Numbered from the stretch's first letter, positions 7,849 through 17,531 are shown. The stretch: DNA of 28,614 nucleotides from Candidatus Bathyarchaeota archaeon (GCA_030672945.1 DAOVFL010000001.1:1-28614), one strand, 5' to 3'. Notes: generated by a model from the letters alone, not told the origin. Numbers and translations are program-made.

Positions 7849-8463
7849 CTATTTCTTAACTAATACTCTAATAGTCAATCCGAAATAAGGTACCTTAAAT
7901 GATTTAAAAAATAACAGTTTGCCACCAACTTTAAGAGTCAAATCATAGAATGTCTCAACTTTGATGAAACCACATTCCAATTCGTTTTGAATTCCTTTTT
8001 CCCATTCATCTGGGAACCTGGTGTTAATATGCGTTTCATCATAATCTCTCATAATTTTCCTAATTGGTTTCTCCACAGCTTTGTTAGGTGTAGCGCAGAT
8101 CATGACATCCTTACACAGGTCAAACATGTTCCCCATTGTTTTTAAAGGATGTTCAAGATGTTCCAAAACATCAAAGCATGTTAGCAAATCGAACGTTTTC
8201 TTCTTGAATGGAAAACTTGTTTGCGCATCGCAGACTAGGAAATGCCCAGTATAATTTTTGTTTGCCTGTCTCACGCCATATCTAGATATATCTATACCAT
8301 AAGCCTCATAGCCTAAGGATTCTAAAACGTTAGTTGCATATCCGTAAGCGCAACCAACATCTAATGCTGCCTTACCTCGACCATTCAAAAGGTTTCGGTT
8401 TAAAACTCTTGACCCCCATTTAATGATTTCCAGAACATACCGTCTAACCTGCTGTTTTCTCAA
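7849..8463 (-). CDS. Class I SAM-dependent methyltransferase
   Basis: LDVGCAYG, GIDIS, CDA, FDLLTCFDVLEHL. The true start may be ATG 8512 with a +1 base (see findings). Confidence 0.9.
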   Translation of the reverse strand: MRKQQVRRYVLEIIKWGSRVLNRNLLNGRGKAALDVGCAYGYATNVLESLGYEAYGIDISRYGVRQANKNYTGHFLVCDAQTSFPFKKKTFDLLTCFDVLEHLEHPLKTMGNMFDLCKDVMICATPNKAVEKPIRKIMRDYDETHINTRFPDEWEKGIQNELECGFIKVETFYDLTLKVGGKLLFFKSFKVPYFGLTIRVLVKK

Positions 8464-8609
8464 CGGGTATCTTATACCTTTGTAATACTTCTTTTCAAAT
8501 TGCAGGCTTCATCAACTCTTTAATAGACCGTTATGGTTCCTAACTTATTGATTAAAGATTTTAATATAAAAATGGATAAAATTGTGGTGGAGTGACGTAA
8601 CATTTGGGT

Positions 8610-9650
8610 ATGGGATTGAAGAAAGCTGCAGGCATCGCTGTTCGTTCTCTAACTCCCAATAGGCCTTATCATGTGCAATGGTTTATCACAAGAAAATGCA
8701 ACTACCGTTGTAAGGGATGTAACGTTTGGCAGGAACAAGATACTGAAGAATTGACGACAGAAGAAATTAAAAGAGGATTAGATATCCTCAGAGAACTAGG
8801 CGTCATGGAGATCGTTTTATCTGGAGGAAACCCGCTTTTAAGAGAAGACATAGAAGAGATTATAAAATATGCTTCACGCTTCTTTATCACCACCATATAT
8901 GATAACGGCAGCATGGCTGCCAAGAAGATTGATGCCTTACGCAACGCTGATCTTGTTGCTATTTCTATAGACAGTCTAGATCCAAGAAAAAATGATTATG
9001 TAAAAGGTGTTAAGGGTTCCTGGAAAAAAGCCATACAAGCCGTTGAAAAACTGCATAAAGAGGGAATCCATGTAAGTGTAACACCAACCATTTCGCAATT
9101 CAATCTCTACGAAATTGTTGATTTCACTAAATACTTTTCAAAAAAAGGAATACCACTTTGGTATTGTCTATATTCTTATGATACCTCTGAGGATGCGGGC
9201 CAGCTTTTTAGGATTGGAAAGAAAAACGATGAGTTTATGATAACTGATAGGAAAGCAATGGTCAAACTCTGTGATTCCCTTATCAATATGAGAAAGAAAT
9301 ACAGCAATATCCTAATCACAAATGAAATATTAGAAGCCGTCAAGAATCTTTACTTAACAGGACAGAGAACATGGAAGTGTCGTGCACTTCAAAACTTCTT
9401 CGTTATAGATCACTTAGGCAGAGTCGCCGGGTGCCATCTCCATAAATCAGTAGCTTCAATTTTCAACCTGCCAAAAGTTTGGAAAAGCAAAAAGATGGAT
9501 GCAACGCGCAGGATTTACAGCGAATGCACTCAATGTACCTACCTTTGTTACATTTTTTATTCTCTTCACGGAAGTGTTCCCGGAAATCTACGGATAGCTA
9601 AAGAGCATTGGAGAAATGCGAAATTATTTTTGAAGAGAAACAGCCCTTAA
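8610..9650 (+). CDS. Radical SAM protein with SPASM/twitch-like C-terminus
   Basis: CNYRCKGC (CX3CX2C), SGGNPLL, ISIDS, C-terminal C..GC..CTQC..C. ATG 8610 (TTG 8604 possible). Confidence 0.9.
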   Translation: MGLKKAAGIAVRSLTPNRPYHVQWFITRKCNYRCKGCNVWQEQDTEELTTEEIKRGLDILRELGVMEIVLSGGNPLLREDIEEIIKYASRFFITTIYDNGSMAAKKIDALRNADLVAISIDSLDPRKNDYVKGVKGSWKKAIQAVEKLHKEGIHVSVTPTISQFNLYEIVDFTKYFSKKGIPLWYCLYSYDTSEDAGQLFRIGKKNDEFMITDRKAMVKLCDSLINMRKKYSNILITNEILEAVKNLYLTGQRTWKCRALQNFFVIDHLGRVAGCHLHKSVASIFNLPKVWKSKKMDATRRIYSECTQCTYLCYIFYSLHGSVPGNLRIAKEHWRNAKLFLKRNSP

Positions 9651-9795
9651 GACTCAAGTTCAGTAGAACAGAAATAATATCCGCTATTCTCTTTGTAAGC
9701 GCTTGATTGAAAATTCTGTGCATATAAAGTCTAACATAAAAAATGCTGTTACATCTAGAGTTGCACAATAAGGATGCCACGCGCTATTACTATTG

Positions 9796-10386
9796 TCAGT
9801 GATCCTTACAAGATTTTAGAACAACTTTATCTATGACCAGACATAAAATATGAAAAACTTCCTCCTTGTTCAGGCAGTTTGTGTCCAATATAAATTGAAA
9901 AGGTTCAAAATCTTCTCCTAAGCTGAAACCATAAAGCTTTTTATAAATGGTTTTTGTCTTCTCCTCCTTGCTCTTCAAAGCTGCTAAGGCTTTTTTGACA
10001 CTTATGCCATCTCTTCTGGCTATTCTCTGCGCCCTTTTTGTTTGGGAGGCTTCCAACCATATTTTGAAGCCTTTTTTAAGAAGCCATGGCATAGTCCAGC
10101 TGTCTAGGATTACGTCTCCCTGCCATGCTGTCTCCAGAAAATTCTTGTCAACAGTCTCGTCAAATCTTGGATCTTTTTTTCTCTTTTCCAGGAAACGTAG
10201 TCCTTCTCCGCTTTCCCACCATCCACGTTCAAGAGGCTTGTAGCCTTCTTCTATAGCTAAAGCCTTTAACACGTCTCCACCTGAATAATATTTCAGTTCA
10301 TATTTCCTGGCCAATATTTTTGCAAGTGTGCTTTTTCCGCTCCCAGCCATTCCACAAACGCAGATTACTATGGATTCTTTAACCAT
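9796..10386 (-). CDS. cmk: Archaeal cytidylate kinase
   Basis: P-loop GMAGSGKST, RAQRIARRD, position directly after eL34. Confidence 0.9.
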   Translation of the reverse strand: MVKESIVICVCGMAGSGKSTLAKILARKYELKYYSGGDVLKALAIEEGYKPLERGWWESGEGLRFLEKRKKDPRFDETVDKNFLETAWQGDVILDSWTMPWLLKKGFKIWLEASQTKRAQRIARRDGISVKKALAALKSKEEKTKTIYKKLYGFSLGEDFEPFQFILDTNCLNKEEVFHILCLVIDKVVLKSCKDH

Positions 10387-10410
10387 TATTTTAGAAAACC
10401 TCAACCTTAT

Positions 10411-10680
10411 CTAAAGAGTTCTTGCAGCTTGTTTCAAGAGGTTTTTAAGGCAGGTGGAGCATAATTGTCCTCCATAGAGCCTTGAAACCCTCCTTTTACT
10501 TCGATTCAGTTTGCGTGTTTCCAATGAGGAAGAATTCGGTAATCCACCTATTTTTCGACCGCAAAGATAACAATGATGTGAAGAGCCAACCTCCGGCTTG
10601 TAATGAATTGCTTTACCACCGCCAGGTAAGGCTTTGCGAACACGTTTTTTGCTTCTTGTGCGTTGACTGGGTTTTGGCAT
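10411..10680 (-). CDS. rpl34e: Ribosomal protein eL34
   Basis: MPKP..R..S, PGG, CxxCG, R.YGG.LC..C. Confidence 0.95.
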   Translation of the reverse strand: MPKPSQRTRSKKRVRKALPGGGKAIHYKPEVGSSHHCYLCGRKIGGLPNSSSLETRKLNRSKRRVSRLYGGQLCSTCLKNLLKQAARTL

Positions 10681-10686
10681 TTCTAA

Positions 10687-11172
10687 TCACTCCACACTTA
10701 CCAATCCGAACAAGTGCGAAAATGCTGTGCTGAAAAAGAAAGAAGATAAAAGATACCACCAAATAAGGGAGGAAAACTGCATTCCTATCAGCGGGATGGT
10801 TATTACTCCTATATTGTTGCTTACTCCTGGAAAAATCGCAATTAGTGTATTATGATAGAAGCCACCCAAGAATTGCCACATTAAGATTAGAGGTAGGAAA
10901 GTAATCAGCATTACCTTCATTGATTTCCACATCATCTTAGATTGAAGTTGAAGTATGTACTGCTGCTTCTTCATAAGTTTCTCTACACGTTTTTTATCTT
11001 TACTCTTTTGAGCTTTACGTAATTCCGCATTCCATTCTGAAACCTCTTTCCTTGAAGTCTTCGATTTTTCTGGATTTGTTAAGAGACGATTCAGCAGCGA
11101 GGTTAGTAAGGAGACGGCGGCTGCCAGTAGAAATATGAAAATCGTGGAAAAAGGAATGGTTGTCGGCAGCAT
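10687..11172 (-). CDS. DUF106 / EMC3-TMCO1 (Oxa1 superfamily) membrane insertase-like protein
   Basis: TM1, cytosolic coiled coil, then TMs with WWYLLSS. Conserved position after secY. Confidence 0.85.
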   Translation of the reverse strand: MLPTTIPFSTIFIFLLAAAVSLLTSLLNRLLTNPEKSKTSRKEVSEWNAELRKAQKSKDKKRVEKLMKKQQYILQLQSKMMWKSMKVMLITFLPLILMWQFLGGFYHNTLIAIFPGVSNNIGVITIPLIGMQFSSLIWWYLLSSFFFSTAFSHLFGLVSVE

Positions 11173-11234
11173 TTTACGTAACCTCTACAGCTTCTAATGT
11201 TATAATGGTGACTATAATTGTTTTGTTAATGGTT

Positions 11235-12680
11235 TTAGCCTCCAAACACTTTTCTGAAAGCTGGGTACATTTCAGCAGCTCTTTCCCGCATTAATATCTC
11301 ATAATACTGATAAATTATTCCGACAGAAAGCAGAATGCCCATTCCAGAACCGAAAACTCCAAAAAAGTCTGAAACACCAGCAATCAACGCTACGACTATC
11401 CCGCCAAGAATTGTGACAGTAGGAATGTAACGTTTAAGAATAGATTCAACAGCCCTTCCAGATCGCCTGTACCCTGGAATCTGCATACCTGCACCTACAA
11501 GTTGTTTTGCTACTGTCGATGGATCTAAACCGCCAACTTCAAGCCACGTAAGCGAAAAAACAACACAAAAAGCAACAAGAATCCCAAGATATACCAAAGC
11601 CTTGAAAGGATCTCCCATTACACCTGTAAAACTTCGTGGCGAAATCACATAATACACGAGTCCGCCTACAGGTGTAAGGCTTTCTTGGCCAACCTCCCCA
11701 ATCCATTCAAACTGCCCCATAAGATCAAGCCAGAAATTGGTTCCTGGAGGAGGTTGGCCACTCATGTTCCAGAAGATTTGGGAAAAGAAGTACACATTAG
11801 CGAAAAGTGCGGATGCAAAGATTACTGGAAGGTTGGATACGTATAAAAGTTTTATTGGATATCGACTGCGGAAGCCCTTGTAGCCAGCGTATGACAGCGG
11901 TAATTCAAGTTTCACTCCTTCCATGTACATGATTATCAGAAAAGCAGCAACTGTGACCATGAGCCCGAGTATAGAAGGGTTTTGACCTCTAAGTAACAGC
12001 ACAGTGACTGGTTCACCGACAGATAGAACTTGAGCTAAAGCTATAAAAATGCCATAGCTTCTAGGTTCACCTATGGCTATCGTAGGGGAAAAACATTGCC
12101 AGAAAATTCCCTGTGCAACCCCACCCATGATGAACAGGCTTATTCCGCTTCCGAATCCCCAACCTTTTTGAACCAGTTCATCCAACATTAGAACAATCAG
12201 CCCAGCTGCTAAGAGTTGAAGGAAAATAATTATAGATATTGTGCCAGGTAAGCTTTCACCGGGTGCATTATACATTCCACCAATTATGTATGCAGATGCT
12301 TGAACCCCCGTGAGAACTATGGAGAAGACTTTACTGGCTGTCGTGAATAGACTTCTATCTTCAGGACGTGACATGTCACAGTCTATCATTGATGAGCCAA
12401 CTAAAAGCTGTAGTATTAACCCTGCTGTGACTATTGGACCGATACCAAGTTCCATGAGGGTCCCACGACTGGAAGCAAAAATTATTCTGAGAGCAGCGAG
12501 CTCTCCAAGCTGTGTTGTTTTAATACCGTATAGGGGAATTTCAGTCATTATTAAGTAGATAATGAGAACTAATGCTGTCCAGAAAAGTTTTTCATTAAAT
12601 CGTACTTTACGTTCCGGAACCTTAATTTCCGGAACAATCCTAGCAATGGATTTAAATAGACTTAGAAACCTGCCAGCCAT
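11235..12680 (-). CDS. secY: Preprotein translocase SecY (Sec61 alpha)
   Basis: GTLMELGIGPIVTAG, GFGSGISLFI, YPIKLLYVSNLPVI, IPGYR, GSGMGILL. Confidence 0.98.
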   Translation of the reverse strand: MAGRFLSLFKSIARIVPEIKVPERKVRFNEKLFWTALVLIIYLIMTEIPLYGIKTTQLGELAALRIIFASSRGTLMELGIGPIVTAGLILQLLVGSSMIDCDMSRPEDRSLFTTASKVFSIVLTGVQASAYIIGGMYNAPGESLPGTISIIIFLQLLAAGLIVLMLDELVQKGWGFGSGISLFIMGGVAQGIFWQCFSPTIAIGEPRSYGIFIALAQVLSVGEPVTVLLLRGQNPSILGLMVTVAAFLIIMYMEGVKLELPLSYAGYKGFRSRYPIKLLYVSNLPVIFASALFANVYFFSQIFWNMSGQPPPGTNFWLDLMGQFEWIGEVGQESLTPVGGLVYYVISPRSFTGVMGDPFKALVYLGILVAFCVVFSLTWLEVGGLDPSTVAKQLVGAGMQIPGYRRSGRAVESILKRYIPTVTILGGIVVALIAGVSDFFGVFGSGMGILLSVGIIYQYYEILMRERAAEMYPAFRKVFGG

Positions 12681-12683
12681 GGA

Positions 12684-13133
12684 TTATCCGCTACTCTTCA
12701 GCTTATCTAATTCTTCTACGATTTGTCCATTAGCACTTCTTATTTTTTCAGCTGCTGACCTTGAACAGTATGGCACCTTCACAATCAGAGGTGTTGTAAC
12801 GTTGCCTGTGCCTAAAAGTTTTACGTAGCCGAGGTTTTCAAGGTCTATGAAGAATTTACCCTCTTCCTTTCTTATCGAGAGTTTCTCAGCCATTTCATCT
12901 AGCACTCCAACATTTATGATATTCTTTTTTCGCCTTAGACTTTTAGGTGAAGTGAAACCTCTCTTACCGAAATAGTCCGGTTCATATTTTATCACGTAGG
13001 TCCATTTGTGTTTATGGAACCCTGCCTTCCCATGACCTCCTCTCGATCCTCCTGCTCTATGCTGACCTACTCTGCCGTAACCGTGAGTTCTTGAACCACG
13101 TTGTTTTCTGATTTTTCGAAGTCTATGAGGCAT
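12684..13133 (-). CDS. rpl15: Ribosomal protein uL15
   Basis: RKQRGSRTHGYG..HR..GSRGG.G.AG..KHKW, FGKRGF, KLLGTG. Confidence 0.97.
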   Translation of the reverse strand: MPHRLRKIRKQRGSRTHGYGRVGQHRAGGSRGGHGKAGFHKHKWTYVIKYEPDYFGKRGFTSPKSLRRKKNIINVGVLDEMAEKLSIRKEEGKFFIDLENLGYVKLLGTGNVTTPLIVKVPYCSRSAAEKIRSANGQIVEELDKLKSSG

Positions 13134-13135
13134 TT

Positions 13136-13618
13136 TCAGCCAGCTACCTTGTCAATAGTTTTTCCTTCAAGAGCCTTATCTAATTGTATTTTGAGCACAC
13201 CGTTCTTATATGATGTATGCACGATGTCTGGAATCACTCTTTTAGGAAGATTTAAACTTTTATAATATCTCCGATTTGAAGCCTCAGCAGATAAGATTAA
13301 CCGTTGATCTTTCACATGAATTTTAAGATCTTCTTTTTCAAACCCTGCGAATTCCGTAACAACTATTATTTTATTCTTTTCTTCAAAAACGTCGACTAGA
13401 GGTTCACGCTTCCGCCATTTTCTTCCTCTACGGGCTTTCAAAAGATTATGTTTATAGTAATATGTTCCCCTTTTAGTTCTTGTATTATTAACCCGGTGTA
13501 GTTTAGGAGTCTTTTTGTTCTTAACTCTACCGAAGTCTCTGGAAATGTGAAATCGTTTTGAACCTTTTTTATGTCTTCGCCATCTCGCGCTCAAATATGC
13601 CTTCTCCTTGACTAACAT
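13136..13618 (-). CDS. Hsp20/alpha-crystallin-family protein with a highly basic N-terminal region
   Basis: REPLVDVFEE..VVTEFAG..KEDLKI..YYKSLNLPKRV..SYKNGVLKIQLDK. Its stop is 2 nt from the uL15 start. Confidence 0.85.
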   Translation of the reverse strand: MLVKEKAYLSARWRRHKKGSKRFHISRDFGRVKNKKTPKLHRVNNTRTKRGTYYYKHNLLKARRGRKWRKREPLVDVFEEKNKIIVVTEFAGFEKEDLKIHVKDQRLILSAEASNRRYYKSLNLPKRVIPDIVHTSYKNGVLKIQLDKALEGKTIDKVAG

Positions 13619-13660
13619 GGCATTTAAAAAGTAACTATAAAATGTATCGCATACAAAAAT

Positions 13661-13668
13661 GTTTAAAA
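13661..13668 (-). promoter_or_regulatory. Putative internal TATA box (TTTTAAAC) upstream of hsp20
   Basis: Lies in a 57-nt AT-rich gap within an otherwise tightly packed operon. Same octamer as upstream of lig. Confidence 0.5.
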
Positions 13669-13675
13669 TTGTGGT

Positions 13676-14164
13676 TCAGGTCATCCGCTTTATTAATTCA
13701 TTGATTTTTTCTCTACGATATCCAAGTTCGCCACCCATGCCATAGCCCTTCTTTACCTTTCCTTTGAAGCCTTTAGTTGGTGGATGTAGCCTAAAGACTG
13801 GTTTCACATCGGAAAGTTTCCAGTAGTCAGCATGGCAGTTAAATATTGCGTCCATGAGCTCTTCTAAAGATCTGTAACCATTTTCCTGTGCATACTTGTC
13901 TGTTAACTTCTTGTTGCCAAGAAGTTTTCCCCTTTCTTTTATCATCATGCTTACAGTTTCCATTGAGGCTTCACCCCAAGTGATGAAGTTTTGCGCCGTT
14001 TTCAACATTCCCAGGAATGAAGGTCGGTTATCAATTAAAACTGCATAGTTATTTCGTGCCAAGTTAAGCATTTGAAGGGTCCCCCTTACCTGCCGTGAGG
14101 CCCTAATTGTTCCTCGGATTCTCACAGCTACTAAGCATTTACGTTCTTTCACTTCTTCAGTCAC
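13676..14164 (-). CDS. rpl30: Ribosomal protein uL30
   Basis: AVRIRG, TLQMLNL, FRLHPPTKGFKG, GYRREKINELIKRM. Confidence 0.97.
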   Translation of the reverse strand: MTEEVKERKCLVAVRIRGTIRASRQVRGTLQMLNLARNNYAVLIDNRPSFLGMLKTAQNFITWGEASMETVSMMIKERGKLLGNKKLTDKYAQENGYRSLEELMDAIFNCHADYWKLSDVKPVFRLHPPTKGFKGKVKKGYGMGGELGYRREKINELIKRMT

Positions 14165-14806
14165 TTATCTCACCCAATCCATTGGTGTTATGAGGCTGTA
14201 TGTTCTCTTTAAGGCGTCAAAAACAGCGTATGCAAAAGATGGAACAGTTCTCGTTGAACCGTAACTTCTACTCCAGCAATCCTTTATGCCTGCAAGTCCA
14301 AGAATGACCTTTGCCACTTCACTTGCTACAAGACCTAAACCTCTTGGTCCTGGAAGAAGAACGATTCTCACGCCACCGCATTTCCCTTCAACTTTGAACT
14401 GCACTGAATGTGGTCTTCCACAACCGCATTTCCAGCTTCCACAACCTCTTCTAACAGGGACCAGATTTAATCGAGCATCCACCGCAGCCTTCTCTATAGC
14501 TGCCCGTACCTGTCTTGTTTTTCCAAAACCCAAACCAATGTAACCGTCCCTGTTTCCAACTGCAACCATTGCCTTAAACCTTGATTTTTCACCGGCATCT
14601 GTCTGTTTTTGAACCAGATTTACATCTATGACTTCTTCTTGAAGGCCTGGAAGCAAAGTATCTACAATTTGTGGTTCACGTATCCTCAGGCCTTCCATAA
14701 ATATTTCTTCAATAGATGCGATTCTGCCCTCTTGTATCATCTTACCAAGGCGTGTTTTAGGAACCCACCTTTCAAGACCTTCCAACGTTCTACGTGAACG
14801 TCTCAA
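14165..14806 (-). CDS. rps5: Ribosomal protein uS5
   Basis: [40 protein letters not shown]. Confidence 0.98.
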   Translation of the reverse strand: MRRSRRTLEGLERWVPKTRLGKMIQEGRIASIEEIFMEGLRIREPQIVDTLLPGLQEEVIDVNLVQKQTDAGEKSRFKAMVAVGNRDGYIGLGFGKTRQVRAAIEKAAVDARLNLVPVRRGCGSWKCGCGRPHSVQFKVEGKCGGVRIVLLPGPRGLGLVASEVAKVILGLAGIKDCWSRSYGSTRTVPSFAYAVFDALKRTYSLITPMDWVR

Positions 14807-15408
14807 GCCTTTTTACCTCCATCGAGCGAAGCAGTTATATCCTTTTTGATTCTTGCAAAATGTTTAGGAAACCTTTCGGGAGCCAGTTTCTTCTCAAGAT
14901 ATTTTGAAAATCTAGTTTGATATTCTTCGGTGTTAGAAGTTAGAGTTTTCGCGTACTTCACAATATGCTCACCCTTTATCCTTTCTTCATCTGGAAGCTT
15001 CTCTTCACCATGAGGCACATTTACTCCAGCATCTAAAACACCCTTCAAAGCTGCAAAAACTCTTGCATTTCTTGTAGGAGAATGTAATCCTATGTCTAGA
15101 ATTGCTTCCTTTATACCTTTTGCTTTGGCTTTTAATCCGCAAAGAAGACCGGTTAAGTAGGATGCTGGAATGTTTCCTCTTGGAGCTTTCCACCCATGGT
15201 TTCTTGCAAGCTCTTTGCTATGCGCTGAAACTATGATCTCGTCCCCGTGAGGTTTAGCTATAATTATTTGCACAATCGTGTTCTTAAGTGAAACACGAGT
15301 GACCAATCTTGGTTTTCCAGAAAGCAACAGTGCTTTTCTTGCCTTGTAATCTGTTTTTCCTTCTCTTCTTCTTCGGAACGGAACACAATAGCGTGGCCCC
15401 TTTGCCAT
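14803..15408 (-). CDS. rpl18: Ribosomal protein uL18
   Basis: [39 protein letters not shown] overlap with eL19. Confidence 0.98.
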   Translation of the reverse strand: MAKGPRYCVPFRRRREGKTDYKARKALLLSGKPRLVTRVSLKNTIVQIIIAKPHGDEIIVSAHSKELARNHGWKAPRGNIPASYLTGLLCGLKAKAKGIKEAILDIGLHSPTRNARVFAALKGVLDAGVNVPHGEEKLPDEERIKGEHIVKYAKTLTSNTEEYQTRFSKYLEKKLAPERFPKHFARIKKDITASLDGGKKA

Positions 15409-15863
15409 CAGCGTTTCCTCCAAAGTTCGTGCGTCTTCAAGTAACGCACCATGTCGGCGACGGACCCGAACCTTCCACTACTCGCCATCTTGTACGTGTT
15501 CCGATAAGTATTTTCAGTGATCATTCTGTTGGTTTTCAATTCACGAAGTTTCTTTCTCAAGGCTCGAATCTTGCTCATCCAAGCTTCTTTCTTGGAGATT
15601 TTTGCGTGGGATGAACTACTTCTGCTGCCTGGTCCACGTCGTCGTCCCTTTTTTTTCTTTTCATGTAAAATTCGCGCTCTTGCACGGCTTACACCTTTTT
15701 CTGGAAGCCGTTTAATGATTTCTTCATGGATTAATCTTCGAATCTCCTCTCTAGTTATAGCTACTTCCACATCATCCATCCTTTCAGGATTTATCCAAAC
15801 CCGATTCTGCCCAACTTTCAATATTTGTGCTGCCAGACGCCGCTGATTCTTTAGACTTGTCAT
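15408..15863 (-). CDS. rpl19e: Ribosomal protein eL19
   Basis: [43 protein letters not shown]. Confidence 0.98.
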   Translation of the reverse strand: MTSLKNQRRLAAQILKVGQNRVWINPERMDDVEVAITREEIRRLIHEEIIKRLPEKGVSRARARILHEKKKKGRRRGPGSRSSSSHAKISKKEAWMSKIRALRKKLRELKTNRMITENTYRNTYKMASSGRFGSVADMVRYLKTHELWRKR

Positions 15864-16393
15864 CGCTTTTCTGCCCTCTTCTCACGTTTCTTGCTCTTCA
15901 TTTGTCTGCGTCTTATTTTTCCTTTTTCAGCTACTTTCGTTACTTCTTCCGCTTCTTCTGTCTCCTTTTCTTCTTCCACAGTTACTTCCTTAGCTTCTTT
16001 AAAATTCAGAATTTTTGCTTTTCTTTTTCTCGCTTCAACAATAATTCTAGTCCTTTTTCTTTTACCAACAGCATGTGCAATTCTTATGGCTTGAGCTTTG
16101 AAGTTGATTCCTTTAAGTTCTTCAACGTTGTGTACTATGACTTCTTTGTAGCCTGATGGGTGAAGACCTCTTGCAGCTTTTGGACTTCTGTATCCAACGC
16201 TCACGGTTGGCGGCCAACCTTTAATTTTCCTTCGCATTTTGTTGTCTATTCCTCTTGGCCTACGCCAGTTCTCCTTTAAGCGTTTGTATCTCCAGCTTTC
16301 CTGCCTAACAAATTTGGGTTTCTTCTTTTTTATGAGGGCCCTCAGTTTCAATGCTTTGCTTAAAGCAGCTGAGTCATGTTCCGTCATTGTCAT
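15860..16393 (-). CDS. rpl32e: Ribosomal protein eL32 with a ~45-aa charged C-terminal tail
   Basis: KPKFVRQESWRYKRL..WRRPRGIDNKMR, RGLHPSG, RIAHAVG. Confidence 0.97.
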   Translation of the reverse strand: MTMTEHDSAALSKALKLRALIKKKKPKFVRQESWRYKRLKENWRRPRGIDNKMRRKIKGWPPTVSVGYRSPKAARGLHPSGYKEVIVHNVEELKGINFKAQAIRIAHAVGKRKRTRIIVEARKRKAKILNFKEAKEVTVEEEKETEEAEEVTKVAEKGKIRRRQMKSKKREKRAEKR

Positions 16394-16938
16394 TCATCTG
16401 TTCCCTCGCTTTTTGCGTTAATGTATATACCGTCTAAGAAAACACGTGGATCTTTCCTTTTCACTCTGGTTCCTTGCTCGATATTAGCAGCTGTTTGACT
16501 TACATCTTCCAGGTTTGCGCCTTGAACGATTATGTCTTCACCTTGAACTTTGACGTGAACATTACCCATTATTTTGATTTTTCTTGGACTTCGTTCACCT
16601 GTGAAATTTTCAATTAGTATAATTTTGTCCTTAACTTTGACTGATATCGGAAAGTGAGAGAAAACTATTTTTAGCTTGTACGTGAAGCCTTTTCTGACTC
16701 CTGTAATCATATTTTGGATGTGTGAATAAATGGTGCCTACTAGAGCTGCCTCTTTTTTCCTTGGCCAATCAGCCCATATACGGATCATCTTCCCTTCAAG
16801 CTTGATTGATATTGGAGCGTGAGAAAAGTTTCGGATTAACGTGTCTTTTTGTCCTTTAACTGTAACTTTCCGGCTTTCTACTGAAACCTCTACGTCATCG
16901 GGAATTTGAATAATTTTGAATACTTCTATAGCTCGCAT
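16390..16938 (-). CDS. rpl6: Ribosomal protein uL6
   Basis: IPDDVEV, HIQNMITGV, HFPI, NFTGER, KDPRVFLDGIY. Confidence 0.98.
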   Translation of the reverse strand: MRAIEVFKIIQIPDDVEVSVESRKVTVKGQKDTLIRNFSHAPISIKLEGKMIRIWADWPRKKEAALVGTIYSHIQNMITGVRKGFTYKLKIVFSHFPISVKVKDKIILIENFTGERSPRKIKIMGNVHVKVQGEDIIVQGANLEDVSQTAANIEQGTRVKRKDPRVFLDGIYINAKSEGTDE

Positions 16939-16952
16939 TTAAGGCACCTTTT

Positions 16953-17336
16953 CTAATAAGCGAATGCTAATAGTCTGCCTCCAACGTGTTTTTCCTTTGC
17001 CTCCTTGTGAGAGAGAACGCCCTTTGGGGTTGAGACAACTAGTATGCCTACTTCTCTTGATGGGAGGAAATTCCTTTCCCATTCTTCAAATTTGTCTACT
17101 TTAACTGGGAATCGAGGTCTAACGGCCCCACACTTGTTTATTCTTCCTAGAAGTTGAACCTTGAACTTTCCGGAGCGGTCGTCATCAATGAATTCGAATT
17201 CTCCAATGTAACCGTTTAATTGCATAATCCTTAGAACTCTACCTAAAAGTTTGGAGGCTGGTTTAATCACGCATTCACGTTTGTTACGTGTCTCATTATT
17301 TATGATCGTTGTCAAACCGTTTGCTAAGGTGTCCAT
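16953..17336 (-). CDS. rps8: Ribosomal protein uS8
   Basis: [33 protein letters not shown]. Start at MDTL (17336). Confidence 0.98.
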   Translation of the reverse strand: MDTLANGLTTIINNETRNKRECVIKPASKLLGRVLRIMQLNGYIGEFEFIDDDRSGKFKVQLLGRINKCGAVRPRFPVKVDKFEEWERNFLPSREVGILVVSTPKGVLSHKEAKEKHVGGRLLAFAY

Positions 17337-17349
17337 CTTAGTTTCCTCA

Positions 17350-17514
17350 TTATTCATACTTTTTAAATCCGAGTTGTTTAGCTACTTCTCTGAAACATTG
17401 TCGGCATAAATATAAATTGTAGCGTCTAATAACAGGTCCATAAGACCCACATCTAACGCATCGTCTTGTTCCTTTCCCATATTTTCTTTCTTTTTCAAGT
17501 TTCTTTTTGTCCAA
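17350..17514 (-). CDS. rps14: Ribosomal protein uS14 (Zn-binding type)
   Basis: Below the ORF-track cutoff. Manual translation from TTG: [54 protein letters not shown]. Confidence 0.95.
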   Translation of the reverse strand: MDKKKLEKERKYGKGTRRCVRCGSYGPVIRRYNLYLCRQCFREVAKQLGFKKYE

Positions 17515-17531
17515 ACCCGTTTCTCCCTTAA

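Noticed and set aside
9598-9780. 60-aa minus-strand ORF after cmk as a possible eL14 or small gene
   Set aside because: No eL14 (KOW) similarity, and it overlaps the radical SAM 3' end.
10687-11172. DUF106 insertase gene next to secY as a novelty
   Set aside because: Well-known conserved archaeal arrangement.
13632-13640. TATAGTTAC match between the hsp20 upstream region (minus strand) and the centre of the 4493-4522 palindrome, suggesting a shared regulon
   Set aside because: Only 9 AT-rich bases, a single half-site with no dyad, and easily explained by chance or TATA-like composition.
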